Source: Trichlorobacter lovleyi SZ
Lineage (GTDB): Bacteria; Desulfobacterota; Desulfuromonadia; Geobacterales; Pseudopelobacteraceae
Direction of reading: 5' to 3'
Length of the DNA stretch: 32,000 nucleotides
Assembly: GCF_000020385.1 (NCBI RefSeq)
Contig: NC_010814.1
Span: 2,280,001 to 2,312,000, forward strand
Shown: positions 8,203-17,793 of the stretch, piece after piece
Layout of the letters: each line of letters begins with the position of its first letter
How positions within the stretch are numbered: position 1 is the stretch's first letter
Notes under the pieces: model-generated
Database searches by the model: none
The model's input: the letters and a program-made list of their open reading frames with translations, nothing else
Told to the model about the DNA's origin: nothing
Made by a program: the position numbers and the translations under genes

Positions 8203-8400
8203 ATGCGTAGCAAGACTGTTAAACCTTTAAATGAAGAGCTGGTCGGTGTTGATGCTGCCTTGCGCCGGGCAGCCAAGGCAGCCCAAGCCCTGGCACGCAA
8301 AACCAAGACCCCCTGTTATGTTTGGAAAGATGATAAAATTGTTGACGTTACTCTCACTAAAACACGTCGCCAGGTTTCCATTACTACGAAACATCAGTGA
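8203..8400 (+). CDS. Small basic protein, putative cognate antitoxin/partner of the zeta-like kinase
   Basis: 65 aa. Its ATG directly abuts the TAG of the kinase gene (stop 8200-8202, ATG 8203), with GGGAGA upstream. The motif AALRRAAKAAQALARKTKTPCYVWKDDKIVDV resembles small ORFs I have seen beside COG4185 kinases. No function is known. Confidence 0.55.
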   Translation: MRSKTVKPLNEELVGVDAALRRAAKAAQALARKTKTPCYVWKDDKIVDVTLTKTRRQVSITTKHQ

Positions 8401-8492
8401 TTATTGTCTGTATCCCCCCTTGATTTCTGACGATTGATGCTTATCTTATCTGCTGTCCAGACTATTTACCCTGCACAAGGAGATTTATCCGT

Positions 8493-10427
8493 ATGTCCAA
8501 GGCAACAAAGCAGTTTCAGACCGAAGTAAAGCAACTACTTGACCTGGTTATCCACTCACTCTATTCCAACCGCGATATCTTCCTGCGGGAGCTGATCTCC
8601 AACGCATCCGACGCCATTGACAAGGCCCGTTTTGAGGCCCAGTCCAATGAGTCTCTGCTGGAAGGCAACAGCGACTGGAAGATCAAGCTGATCCCCAATA
8701 AGGATGCCGGTACCCTGACCATTCGCGACAACGGCATCGGTATGTCCATGGCCGAGGTGGAAGAGAACATCGGCACCATTGCCAAGTCCGGCACCAAGTC
8801 GTTCGTGCAGGCCATGAAGGATGCGGCCGCAGCCCAGCAGCCGGAACTGATCGGCCAGTTCGGGGTTGGCTTTTATGCCTCGTTTATGGTGGCAGACAAA
8901 GTTACCCTGACCACCCGCCGGGCCGGTGATGCAGCCCATGGCACCTGCTGGGAGTCAATCGGCGATGGTTCCTATACCATTGAAGACTGCACAAAGGCAG
9001 AGCGCGGCACCGAGATTGTGCTGCACCTGAAGGAAGAGTTTAAAGAGTATCTGGATGAGTGGAAGATCCGCTCCATCGTCAAGAAGTACTCTGACTTTAT
9101 CCAGTACCCGGTCTGCATGGATATTACCCGCACCGAGACCCCCAAAGGGGTGGATGGCGAGGAGATCGAAGGAGCCGGCACCATCGAGAAGATCGAGGAG
9201 CAGACCCTTAACTCCATGAAGGCGATCTGGGCCCGTCCCAAGAGCGAGGTGACCGAGGAGGAGTACAAAGAATTCTACAAGCATGTCTCCCATGACTTTG
9301 ACGATCCCTTCAAAACCATCCACTTTGCTGCTGAAGGTACCAGCGAATTCAAGGCGCTGCTCTACCTGCCGGCCAAGAAGCCGTTTGACCTGTTCATGGC
9401 CGAGCGCAAGCGTGGCATCCAGTTGTATGTCAAGCGGGTCTTCATCACCGAAAAGTGCGATGCCCTGCTGCCGGATTACCTCCGTTTCGTACGGGGCGTG
9501 GTTGATTCATCCGACCTGCCGCTGAACGTCTCCCGTGAGATCCTGCAGGAGGATGTGCAGATCAAGCGGATTCAGAAGAGCCTGGTCAACAAGATCCTCT
9601 CCACTCTGGCTGACCTGAAGGAGAAGGAATATGACCAGTACCTGACCTTCTGGAAGGAGTTCGGCCCGGTCTTGAAGGAGGGGCTGCACTTTGACTATGC
9701 CAACAAGGAGAAGCTGCAGGAGCTGATGCTGTTCCAGAGTACCCGCACTGCTGAAGGGGAGTATGTATCTCTGAAGGAATATGTAGAGCGGATGCCGGAA
9801 GCACAAAAGGAGATCTACTACATTACCGGCGAAGACAAGTCCAGCCTGGAGCAGTCACCGCTGCTGGAGGCGTTCAACGCCAAAGGGTTTGAAGTTCTGT
9901 TCCTGACTGACCCGGTTGATGAATGGGTGGTGCAGTCCCTGCACGAATACCAGGAGAAGAAGCTGAAGGCGGTTGACCGGGGCGATGTGGACCTGGACAG
10001 CGAAGATGAGAAAAAGGAGAAGGAGAAGAAGCAGGAAGAGGCCAAGAAGGAGTTCGGCTCGCTGCTGGAGCTGATCAAGGGTCGCCTGGAGAGTAAAATC
10101 AAAGAGGTTCGCTTCTCAAACCGTCTGACTGACAGCGCCTGCTGCCTGGTGGCTGATGACTTTGGCATGAACGCCAACATGGAGCGGATCATGAAGGCCA
10201 TGAACCAGGCCGTGCCTGAGTCCAAGCGGGTGCTGGAGCTGAACCCGGACCACCCGATTGTGAAGGTGATGGGCGACATGTACAAACAGAACCCGGAAAA
10301 CAGCCGTCTTCTGGATTATTCTGACCTGCTCTATGATCAGGCGTTGCTGACCGAAGGTACACCGATCAAAGACCCGCTCAAGTTTACCAAGCTGGTCAGT
10401 GAGCTGATGGTAAAAGCAGCTCAATAA
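8493..10427 (+). CDS. htpG: Molecular chaperone HtpG (Hsp90)
   Basis: 644 aa. Hsp90 N-terminal signature [51 protein letters not shown]-type motifs and a charged linker [25 protein letters not shown] at 8477-8482. Confidence 0.97.
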   Translation: MSKATKQFQTEVKQLLDLVIHSLYSNRDIFLRELISNASDAIDKARFEAQSNESLLEGNSDWKIKLIPNKDAGTLTIRDNGIGMSMAEVEENIGTIAKSGTKSFVQAMKDAAAAQQPELIGQFGVGFYASFMVADKVTLTTRRAGDAAHGTCWESIGDGSYTIEDCTKAERGTEIVLHLKEEFKEYLDEWKIRSIVKKYSDFIQYPVCMDITRTETPKGVDGEEIEGAGTIEKIEEQTLNSMKAIWARPKSEVTEEEYKEFYKHVSHDFDDPFKTIHFAAEGTSEFKALLYLPAKKPFDLFMAERKRGIQLYVKRVFITEKCDALLPDYLRFVRGVVDSSDLPLNVSREILQEDVQIKRIQKSLVNKILSTLADLKEKEYDQYLTFWKEFGPVLKEGLHFDYANKEKLQELMLFQSTRTAEGEYVSLKEYVERMPEAQKEIYYITGEDKSSLEQSPLLEAFNAKGFEVLFLTDPVDEWVVQSLHEYQEKKLKAVDRGDVDLDSEDEKKEKEKKQEEAKKEFGSLLELIKGRLESKIKEVRFSNRLTDSACCLVADDFGMNANMERIMKAMNQAVPESKRVLELNPDHPIVKVMGDMYKQNPENSRLLDYSDLLYDQALLTEGTPIKDPLKFTKLVSELMVKAAQ

Positions 10428-10450
10428 GCTGTTTCACACGCTCGTTACAC

Positions 10451-10482
10451 AAAAAGGACAGGCAACATGCCTGTCCTTTTTT
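10451..10482. terminator. Bidirectional Rho-independent terminator between the convergent htpG and DUF309 genes
   Basis: Perfect 9-bp stem GGACAGGCA (10456-10464) / TGCCTGTCC (10468-10476) with a 3-nt loop. It is flanked by A5 (10451-10455) and T6 (10477-10482). Confidence 0.75.
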
Positions 10483-10505
10483 ATGTAACAATTGATTACG
10501 CGGCT

Positions 10506-10967
10506 CTAAACTGAAACAGTCACAATTTTGGGAATACAGTCTGGATCCAGTTCCGCCATCCCCAACCGCCCCAGAGACGCAAGCTGTTCTTTCACAGACT
10601 CAGCCTGCCTGATCAGCCCTTCAACATCAATCCACAGACAGGTTTGTGGCAGCTTACGTAAATAGCCCACACCGCCATCAAGCAAACTGACTGCACCGCT
10701 GAAGTTACCATTACGCCAGTGGTGCAGGGCTATGGCAAGCTGGATAATCCCCTGATACAGATTACGCAGATCGCCCGTTGCCGGAATCCAGAGTAGCTCC
10801 AGGGTTTCATGGCATTCATACCACTGGGCAGCATTAAACTGACGAATCCCCAGCAACAACTGACCTGACGGGCTATCCTGGCATTTTTTTGTCGACTCCG
10901 GACCGGTCGGCACCTGTCCCTCCCCATCACCACCATGCAAAAAGGGCATCGTACCAACTGGTACCAT
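10506..10967 (-). CDS. DUF309 domain protein
   Basis: 153 aa. GIRQFNAAQWYECHETLELLW...LYQGIIQLAIALHHWRNGNFSGA matches the DUF309 pattern (G..lFN.g.yfE.HE.lE..W....r.flqGliq.Ava.hH...gN..GA). The start is uncertain: 10967 or the ATG 18 nt downstream. Confidence 0.7.
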   Translation of the reverse strand: MVPVGTMPFLHGGDGEGQVPTGPESTKKCQDSPSGQLLLGIRQFNAAQWYECHETLELLWIPATGDLRNLYQGIIQLAIALHHWRNGNFSGAVSLLDGGVGYLRKLPQTCLWIDVEGLIRQAESVKEQLASLGRLGMAELDPDCIPKIVTVSV

Positions 10968-11003
10968 GCCCCTCTTGCAGTTACGTTACAAAGAACTGCT
11001 AAA

Positions 11004-12725
11004 CTAGCGTGCCTTATCCATCTGGCTCTTCAGCAGGTCGCCCAGGTTTGAGGTTGCCTCACCCTGGCCACCACCGAGATAGGACTCAAACTCGGCCTTC
11101 TCAGCAGCTGCTGCCAGAGATTTCACAGAGAGAGAAATCCGGCGCTCGCGAGAATCAGCGTTCAGCACAACCGCCTCGATGGAATCACCGACAATGGCGA
11201 AGTCTTTGGCAGAAGGTACTTTTTCACGGGAAAGCTCGGAAACGTGGATCAGGCCTTCAATCCCCTCTTCGATCTCAACAAAGACACCGAAGTCGGTGGT
11301 AGAGGCGACCTTGCCAACCAGACGGGTGCCCGGCGCATACTTCTGGGGTACCAGTGACCATGGGTCCGGAGTCAGTTGCTTGATGCCCAGGGAGACACGC
11401 TCATTCTGGGGATCAACCTTGAGTACAACGGCCTGAACCAGGTCACCCTTGCTGTACACATCGCCAGGATGCTTGACCCGCTTGGTCCAGGAGATATCTG
11501 AAACGTGTACCAGACCGTCGATACCTTCTTCAATACCGATGAACATACCGAAGTCGGTCATGTTCTTGATCTGGCCCTCCAGCTTGGTACCAACCGGATA
11601 GCGCTCAGCAATGGACTGCCAAGGGTTATCGTTAACCTGCTTGAGGCCCAGAGAGATCTTACGGTTCTGCAGATCCACACCCAGCACAACCACATCCACC
11701 TGATCGCCAACGTTCAGCATGTCAGCGGCCTTACGAACCCGCTTGGTCCAGGACATCTCGGATACGTGCACCAGACCTTCGATGCCCGATTCAAGCTCAA
11801 TAAATGCGCCGTAATCCATCAGGCTGACAACCTTGCCGGATACGCGGGTGCCTTCCGGGAAACGGTTGGCAATATCCTGCCACGGATCTGGCAGGGTCTG
11901 CTTGATACCAACGGAAACCTTACCCTTTTCACGGTCAAACTTGAGGATCTTGACGTTTACTTCCTGGCCCGGCTTCAGTACATCAGCAGGCTTGCCTACC
12001 CGTCCCCAGGAGATATCAGTCACGTGCAACAGACCATCAACACCGCCCAGATCAACAAATGCGCCGTATTCAGTCAGGTTCTTGACCACGCCCTGCATAA
12101 TCTGCCCTTCAGACAGTTTCTCAAGGGTTGCCTTGCGGGATTCAGCACGCTCTTCCTCAAGCAGTGCGCGACGGGAGAGAACGATGTTGCCACGCTTCTG
12201 GTTCAGACTGATGACCTTGAACTGGCCGGCTACACCGATATAGGCATCGCCATTGCCGGAAGGACGGGTGTCAACCTGTGAAGCAGGCAGGAATGCATTG
12301 ATGCCGCCAATAGCAACGGTGAAACCGCCATTGGTTTTGGCAATGATTGTACCTTCAAGAACAGCACCTTCGCCACCAGCCTCATGGATGGTTTCCCAGG
12401 CTGCCATCTGGTCAGCACGCTTCTTGGAAAATTTGTTACCGCCATCACGGCTGGATACAACCTTGACTTTATCGCCAACACTGACCGATACATTGCCTTC
12501 AGCATCCCTGAACTCACTGATGGGAACAAAGCCTTCAGATTTACGGCCAACATCCACCAATACCGTATCAGGATCAACACGAACAACGGTCCCCTCAAGT
12601 ATTTTATCCCGCTCAGGCCGCTCCTGCTCTTTCAGACTGGCGCTGAACAGTTCTGCAAATTCGTTGCTTTGGTGCTCAACGTCCATATCATCGGTATCTA
12701 CGTTGAGTCGTTTCACTTCAGTCAT
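11004..12725 (-). CDS. rpsA: 30S ribosomal protein S1
   Basis: 573 aa with six S1 repeats (recurring G.V...T.FGAFV.L..G..GL.H.S..SW motifs). Confidence 0.97.
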   Translation of the reverse strand: MTEVKRLNVDTDDMDVEHQSNEFAELFSASLKEQERPERDKILEGTVVRVDPDTVLVDVGRKSEGFVPISEFRDAEGNVSVSVGDKVKVVSSRDGGNKFSKKRADQMAAWETIHEAGGEGAVLEGTIIAKTNGGFTVAIGGINAFLPASQVDTRPSGNGDAYIGVAGQFKVISLNQKRGNIVLSRRALLEEERAESRKATLEKLSEGQIMQGVVKNLTEYGAFVDLGGVDGLLHVTDISWGRVGKPADVLKPGQEVNVKILKFDREKGKVSVGIKQTLPDPWQDIANRFPEGTRVSGKVVSLMDYGAFIELESGIEGLVHVSEMSWTKRVRKAADMLNVGDQVDVVVLGVDLQNRKISLGLKQVNDNPWQSIAERYPVGTKLEGQIKNMTDFGMFIGIEEGIDGLVHVSDISWTKRVKHPGDVYSKGDLVQAVVLKVDPQNERVSLGIKQLTPDPWSLVPQKYAPGTRLVGKVASTTDFGVFVEIEEGIEGLIHVSELSREKVPSAKDFAIVGDSIEAVVLNADSRERRISLSVKSLAAAAEKAEFESYLGGGQGEATSNLGDLLKSQMDKAR

Positions 12726-12819
12726 GTGACCAATACCCCCTGGTTAATTTTCGCCGTCCGGCTACCGCCGACCGATAGCTGACGCGAGTTGATTACTTTT
12801 ACACACTTTTACTATTTAT

Positions 12820-13662
12820 TCAATGTGAATTGTTTACCTGATCAAGACGATTCATGACTTCATCAATGATCCATTTCGGGGTTGAGGCGCCAGCGGTCAC
12901 CCCCACCGTGTCAACCCCCTGAAACCATGAACAATCTATCTCTGCAGCCGTTTCGATATGGTAGGTCCTGGGCTGAATTTCTGTACATATTTCAGCCAAA
13001 CGACGGGTATTGGCACTATTGAAACCGCCAATCACAATCATACAGTCAACCTGCTGGGCCAGTTCTGTTGCTTCCTGCTGCCGTACCGCCGTTGCATCAC
13101 AAATGGTGTTGTAGACCCGCACCTCACCACCACGGCGCAGGCACTCGGTAACCACACTCTTCAGGTTGTCAAAGGACTGGGTGGTCTGAGCCACGACCCC
13201 CATTTTACCCATTTTGGGCAACTGCTTGACCTGGTCGCCGGAAGCCACCACATAGACCTTTTCCTTGCCGTAGGAGACAATACCCTGCACTTCAGGATGG
13301 TCTGCATCACCGACCACCAGCACATCATAGCCGGCCTCGGACAGATATTGCACATGCTCCTGTGCCTTCTTCACAAAAGGACAGGTGGCATCCACCACTT
13401 CCAGCTGCTTCTGGTGCGCCTCATCCATCTCGCTTGCCAGTACCCCGTGGGAACGGATGATAACGGTGCCGTTACTGACGCCGGAGAGGTCCTTGACCAC
13501 CCCTACGCCCATTTCTTCCAACTTGTTGACAACCTGCGGAGAGTGGATAATCGGCCCCAGGGTAAAGGTCTTTTGATCCTTGCCGGCTGCCTCAAAGGCC
13601 ATCTGGGTGGCTCGCTTGACACCGAAACAGAATCCGGCCCGTTTTGCCAGGATTACCTTCAT
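12820..13662 (-). CDS. ispH: 4-hydroxy-3-methylbut-2-enyl diphosphate reductase
   Basis: 280 aa. MKVILAKRAGFCFGVKRA N-terminus, conserved Cys-containing motifs (ATCPFV, NTICDAT), and SANTRRL. Confidence 0.95.
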   Translation of the reverse strand: MKVILAKRAGFCFGVKRATQMAFEAAGKDQKTFTLGPIIHSPQVVNKLEEMGVGVVKDLSGVSNGTVIIRSHGVLASEMDEAHQKQLEVVDATCPFVKKAQEHVQYLSEAGYDVLVVGDADHPEVQGIVSYGKEKVYVVASGDQVKQLPKMGKMGVVAQTTQSFDNLKSVVTECLRRGGEVRVYNTICDATAVRQQEATELAQQVDCMIVIGGFNSANTRRLAEICTEIQPRTYHIETAAEIDCSWFQGVDTVGVTAGASTPKWIIDEVMNRLDQVNNSH

Positions 13663-14357
13663 AGCTCGATATCCTTTCCTGCTGTTCGTTCACGATAGAC
13701 CTGCTCCATCAGGGCAATCACCTCTTCAATGGTCAGACCGGTGGAGTCAATCGGGATTGCGTCTTCAGCCTGCCGCAAAGGAGCAAGTTCCCGTTCAGAA
13801 TCCTGCTGATCACGCTTGGCAACGTTATCAATCGTCTCCTGCAGGCTGGTCTGCACCCCTTTGGCTTGCAGCTCCAGAAACCGGCGGCGCCCCCGCTCTT
13901 CAGCAGATGCAGAAAGAAAGAATTTTATTTCAGCATCAGGAAATACCACCGTACCGATATCCCGTCCATCCAGCACAACACCACCCTTGGCCCCCATTTT
14001 TCGCTGCAGGGTCATCATCGCCTCACGCACCGGCGCAAGGGCTGATATCTTCGAGGTAAGCATCGAAATTTCAGGGGTACGGATCTCACTGGTTACATCC
14101 TGACCATTTGCCAACACCCGGGTAGATCCGTTATGAAGCTGCAGCTCAACTTCGGCACGATCACTAAACGATTTAACCGCCTGCTGATCATCGCAATCCA
14201 GCCCGGCTTCACGGGCCAGCCAGGCCATTGCCCGGTACATGGCGCCGGTATCGATCTCCAGATATCCCAGCCGTTTTGACAACGCCCTGCTGATAGTGCT
14301 TTTACCTGCACCAGAAGGCCCATCAACGGCAATGACAACACCACGCTCACGCTTCAT
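13659..14357 (-). CDS. cmk: (d)CMP kinase
   Basis: 232 aa. IAVDGPSGAGKSTISRALSKRLGYLEIDTGAMYRA. It has 4-nt overlaps with both neighbours. Confidence 0.95.
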   Translation of the reverse strand: MKRERGVVIAVDGPSGAGKSTISRALSKRLGYLEIDTGAMYRAMAWLAREAGLDCDDQQAVKSFSDRAEVELQLHNGSTRVLANGQDVTSEIRTPEISMLTSKISALAPVREAMMTLQRKMGAKGGVVLDGRDIGTVVFPDAEIKFFLSASAEERGRRRFLELQAKGVQTSLQETIDNVAKRDQQDSERELAPLRQAEDAIPIDSTGLTIEEVIALMEQVYRERTAGKDIEL

Positions 14358-15658
14358 CGTACCGACACCCTGTCCAGCAGCTCATAAAAGCCGGGAAACG
14401 AGGTGGCTACGCAGGCAACATCGTCAATCTCTACTTGGTGTCTACACACCAGCGCCGCCACCGACAGTGACATGGCAATCCGGTGATCACCATAACTGGT
14501 TACTGAACCACCAGAGAGCGATTCAACTCCCTGGATGATCATGCCATCCTCAGTTTCATCAATCTGCCCTGCCCCGACAATGCGGAGATTGGCTGCCATG
14601 GCGGCAATCCGGTCGGTTTCCTTAACTCGCAACTCTTTGGCGTCTTTAATAGTGGTGGTACCTTCAGCCACTGCAGCGGCCACACAGATCGCGGGAAACT
14701 CATCAATGGCACGGGGCACCACATCGCCACCGATCTCGACCCCTTTCAGACGCGATGAACGCACCAGCAGGTCAGCCACCGGCTCACCGGAAACCTCACG
14801 CTGGTCCTGCAGGGTAATATCTCCACCCATTGCCTGCAGGATATCAATCACACCGGTACGGGTAGGATTAACCCCGACATTGCGGATCAACAGTTCTGAA
14901 CCGGGTACGATCAGCGCTGCTACCAAAAAGAAGGCAGCTGAAGAGATGTCACCCGGCACGCAGATTTCCTGCCCCTGCAACTCCCTGCCGCCACGCACGG
15001 TCACACCATGACTGGACCTGTCCAGATCAGCTCCGAAGAATGTGAACATCCGTTCAGAGTGGTCGCGTGAGAGCGATGGCTCAGTCACCCTGGTCTCCCC
15101 GCTGGCATATAAACCAGCAAGCATAAGCGCTGATTTCACCTGAGCACTGGCAATTGGGGACTGGTAGTCAATGCCGGTCAAGTTGCCACCGGTAATGGCC
15201 AGAGGAGCGAGGGTTCCACCTCCCCGCCCTGCAATCCGAGCTCCCATGCGGGCCAACGGCTCCACTACCCGCTTCATGGGACGCTTACGCAGATACTGAT
15301 CACCGGTAAGCACTGAGAAGAAGCTCTGACCTGACAGGAGACCAGTCATCAGGCGGATGGTCGTACCCGAGTTGCCACAGTCCAGCACATCCCCCGGTTC
15401 TTTCAGTCCATGCAGTCCAACGCCATGTACGATGATGGTCTGACCATCGTCCTCGATCGGAACCCCCATGGCCCGAAACGCCTTCATGGTGGAAAAGTTA
15501 TCTTCACCCCGCAGGAAGTTGGTGATACGGCTGGTGCCCTGTGCCAGGGCGCCCAACATAATTGAACGGTGGGAAATGGACTTGTCACCAGGAATTGCAA
15601 GCTCGCCCCGCACAGCTCGGGCCGGTAAGACGCTAATTGGTTGCGCTTGTTCGTGCAT
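14354..15658 (-). CDS. aroA: 3-phosphoshikimate 1-carboxyvinyltransferase (EPSP synthase)
   Basis: PGDKSISHR, LDCGNSGTT and RVKETDRI motifs. I prefer ATG 15658, which has GAGG 5 nt upstream, over the track's GTG at 15664. Confidence 0.94.
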   Translation of the reverse strand: MHEQAQPISVLPARAVRGELAIPGDKSISHRSIMLGALAQGTSRITNFLRGEDNFSTMKAFRAMGVPIEDDGQTIIVHGVGLHGLKEPGDVLDCGNSGTTIRLMTGLLSGQSFFSVLTGDQYLRKRPMKRVVEPLARMGARIAGRGGGTLAPLAITGGNLTGIDYQSPIASAQVKSALMLAGLYASGETRVTEPSLSRDHSERMFTFFGADLDRSSHGVTVRGGRELQGQEICVPGDISSAAFFLVAALIVPGSELLIRNVGVNPTRTGVIDILQAMGGDITLQDQREVSGEPVADLLVRSSRLKGVEIGGDVVPRAIDEFPAICVAAAVAEGTTTIKDAKELRVKETDRIAAMAANLRIVGAGQIDETEDGMIIQGVESLSGGSVTSYGDHRIAMSLSVAALVCRHQVEIDDVACVATSFPGFYELLDRVSVR

Positions 15659-15689
15659 GGTCACCTCAGGGTGGTATTCCCTTAAAATG

Positions 15690-16556
15690 TCAGATTATTT
15701 CATCTCTCAGGCGCTTTGATGTGGTGAAATAGTTTTCAAGCCAGGCACCGTCGCCGCTTGCAACCCTTTCTCGCAACGCAGCAAATTCACTCTGATAGCG
15801 ATCAAGCATTGCAAGTAGCGGCAACCTGTTCATCAGGGCGATATCCCGCCACATGGAAGGATCAGACGAAGCTATCCGGGTAAAATCGCGAAAACCACCG
15901 GCAGAGAAGGCCAGAATATTCTCCTCTTCTTCTGCAGAGCCGTTTACGGCATGCACCAGGGCATAGGCAACCATATGGGGCAGATGGGACACTGCAGCAA
16001 AGACCCGGTCATGGGTCAACGGCTCCATGCATTCAACCCTGCTGCCTGCTGCCTCCCAAAGCCGCTGCACCAGATCCAGGGCCTGTTGATCGGTGCGGCT
16101 GGTGGGGGTCAAGATACAGCGCCGCCCCTGATACAGCGTGGCGAACGAGGCCTTTGCACCGGAATGCTCGGTACCGGCGATGGGATGTCCCCCGACAAAA
16201 AAACAGCCGGCAGGCACCAGCTGTTCGCAGGCAACAACCAGTTCATCCTTGACACTGCCTCCATCAGTCACCACGCATCCTGGCCGAAGAAACGGGGCGC
16301 AAGCCGACACAGCGGCAGTCATTGCCCGAACCGGCACGGCCAGAAACACCAGATCTGCAGAGCTGACTGCAGCGGCATAATCAGCAGCAATCTCGTCAAC
16401 GACCCCTAACTGCAGCGCCTCAGCCAGGTTTGCAGAATCCAGGTCAAAACCGATCACCCGCTTAACAACACCGGCCTGCTTCAACGCACGACTGAAGGAA
16501 CCGCCAATCAGCCCCACTCCGATCACGGCAAACGTATTGATAACAGGCTGACTCAT
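15690..16556 (-). CDS. tyrA: Prephenate dehydrogenase
   Basis: Rossmann motif IGVGLIGGSF and GGHPIAGTE. I prefer ATG 16556, which forms an ATGA overlap with the pheA stop (16553-16555), over the upstream ATG at 16598. Confidence 0.85.
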   Translation of the reverse strand: MSQPVINTFAVIGVGLIGGSFSRALKQAGVVKRVIGFDLDSANLAEALQLGVVDEIAADYAAAVSSADLVFLAVPVRAMTAAVSACAPFLRPGCVVTDGGSVKDELVVACEQLVPAGCFFVGGHPIAGTEHSGAKASFATLYQGRRCILTPTSRTDQQALDLVQRLWEAAGSRVECMEPLTHDRVFAAVSHLPHMVAYALVHAVNGSAEEEENILAFSAGGFRDFTRIASSDPSMWRDIALMNRLPLLAMLDRYQSEFAALRERVASGDGAWLENYFTTSKRLRDEII

Positions 16557-17629
16557 CGTGCCTTCGGATAGGAACCGAGTATTTTTAAAAACTGACAAAA
16601 GCTCTTCAATTCATCAATTGCTTCACGAACCGGCGCTTCCGAAACATGGCCGGACATATCAAGAAAGAAGATATATTCCCAGGCCTTGGTCTTAACCGGC
16701 CGGGATTCAATTTTTGAAAGGTTGACACCGCGCCGTGCAAACGGTTCGAGCATCCGGTAGAGGATGCCGGGTTCATCCCTGACCGAAAACATGATTGAAG
16801 TCTTATCGTTACCGGTTGGCTCAGCAGGCTTGCGCGAGATCACCAAAAAACGGGTGACATTATTGACCTGGTCTTCAATTCTGCTGCGCACCATCTTGAG
16901 ATCATACATCGATGCAGCCAATTCACTGGCTATGGCTGCAGCGGTATAGTCCTCACTGACAATCTGTGCAGCAACGGCAGTTGAGGCCACATCCACCAAT
17001 GGCACATTGGGCAGATTTTCTTCCAGCCAGTGCCGGCACTGAGCAATCGGCTGCGGATGGGAATACACCTTGCGGATATCCTCCAGCCGGCCAGTACGCG
17101 AGAGGAGATCATGGTGAATATCAAGGATGATTTCAGAAATAATCTGGAGATTACTATCCACGAACATATCAAGGGTATGGGTAACAACACCCTCAGTAGA
17201 GTTTTCCACCGGTACGACACCATAGAGTGCCTTACCTTTTTCAACCTCCTCAAAAACAGCAGGTATTGATTTTTGAGGTTCAAGCTGGGCAGACAGACCA
17301 AACTGCTGCATGGTGGCCAGATGGCTGAAGGTTGCCTTTGGTCCCATGTAAGCCACCTTCAAAGGAGACTCCAGAGACAAACAGGCAGACATGATCTCAC
17401 GGAAAATGCTGTGCAAGGCCTCTTCCGGCAGGGGGCCCTGATTCATGCGGGCAACCCGCTCATGCACTTCCCTCTCACGACTGGGCACGTGGAAATCACG
17501 GTCCTGGCCAGCCTTAAGCCTGCCAACATCAGAGGCTACTCTGGCACGCTGATTCAGCAACTCAACCAGTCGGCTGTCGATCTGGTCTATCTCGCCACGC
17601 AACTGCTCAAGACTTTGATTCTTTGGCAT
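16553..17629 (-). CDS. pheA: Bifunctional chorismate mutase / prephenate dehydratase (P-protein)
   Basis: The CM domain LEQLRGEIDQIDSRLVELLNQRA is followed by PDT (VAYMGPKATFSH, VPVENSTEGVV) and ACT (TSIMFSVRDEPGILY, ESRP) regions. I chose ATG 17629 because of the GGAAGAG SD; the track ORF extends to 17707. Confidence 0.9.
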   Translation of the reverse strand: MPKNQSLEQLRGEIDQIDSRLVELLNQRARVASDVGRLKAGQDRDFHVPSREREVHERVARMNQGPLPEEALHSIFREIMSACLSLESPLKVAYMGPKATFSHLATMQQFGLSAQLEPQKSIPAVFEEVEKGKALYGVVPVENSTEGVVTHTLDMFVDSNLQIISEIILDIHHDLLSRTGRLEDIRKVYSHPQPIAQCRHWLEENLPNVPLVDVASTAVAAQIVSEDYTAAAIASELAASMYDLKMVRSRIEDQVNNVTRFLVISRKPAEPTGNDKTSIMFSVRDEPGILYRMLEPFARRGVNLSKIESRPVKTKAWEYIFFLDMSGHVSEAPVREAIDELKSFCQFLKILGSYPKAR

Positions 17630-17726
17630 GGGGACTCTTCCGAAACCTGCAGGGTATATACATTTTGGGACCGCTACCTTAGTGGATAGACCGTCAAAAG
17701 GCAACATTTTTTGCCCTGCAACAGCT

Positions 17727-17757
17727 AACGGCAGCCCACTTGTGTGGCGCTGCCGTT
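17727..17757 (-). terminator. Stem-loop downstream of the last pilus gene; possible operon-end terminator or insulator
   Basis: 9-bp inverted repeat AACGGCAGC (17727-17735) / GCTGCCGTT (17749-17757), with an inner CCAC/GTGG extension. No clean U-tract follows on either strand, so confidence is low. Confidence 0.3.
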
Positions 17758-17793
17758 ACACGTCAATCTGCTACTGTTTAGCAAACTTAAATA

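Noticed and set aside
8231-8437. 68-aa ORF in an alternative frame overlapping the 65-aa ORF downstream of the zeta-like kinase
   Set aside because: It has no SD and a Pro/Leu-rich translation. The 8203-8400 frame starts exactly at the kinase stop and has a recognisable partner-like sequence.
8416-8447. Possible sigma-32 heat-shock promoter upstream of htpG (cccCTTGATTt - 13/14 nt - gCTTATCT)
   Set aside because: It matches only about 5/7 in the -35 and about 4/7 in the -10 against the E. coli consensus, and I do not know this organism's RpoH consensus well enough. Too weak to call as a feature.
11505-12281. Long antisense or alternative-frame ORFs, e.g. 11505-12281 (+, in rpsA), 12958-13698 (+, in ispH), 27122-27985 (+, in the regulator gene), 9818-10285 (-, in htpG), and many short ones inside the STAND and pilY1 genes
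   Set aside because: These are shadow ORFs opposite or overlapping strongly supported genes. They have low-complexity or Arg/Ser/Pro-rich translations and no recognisable motifs.
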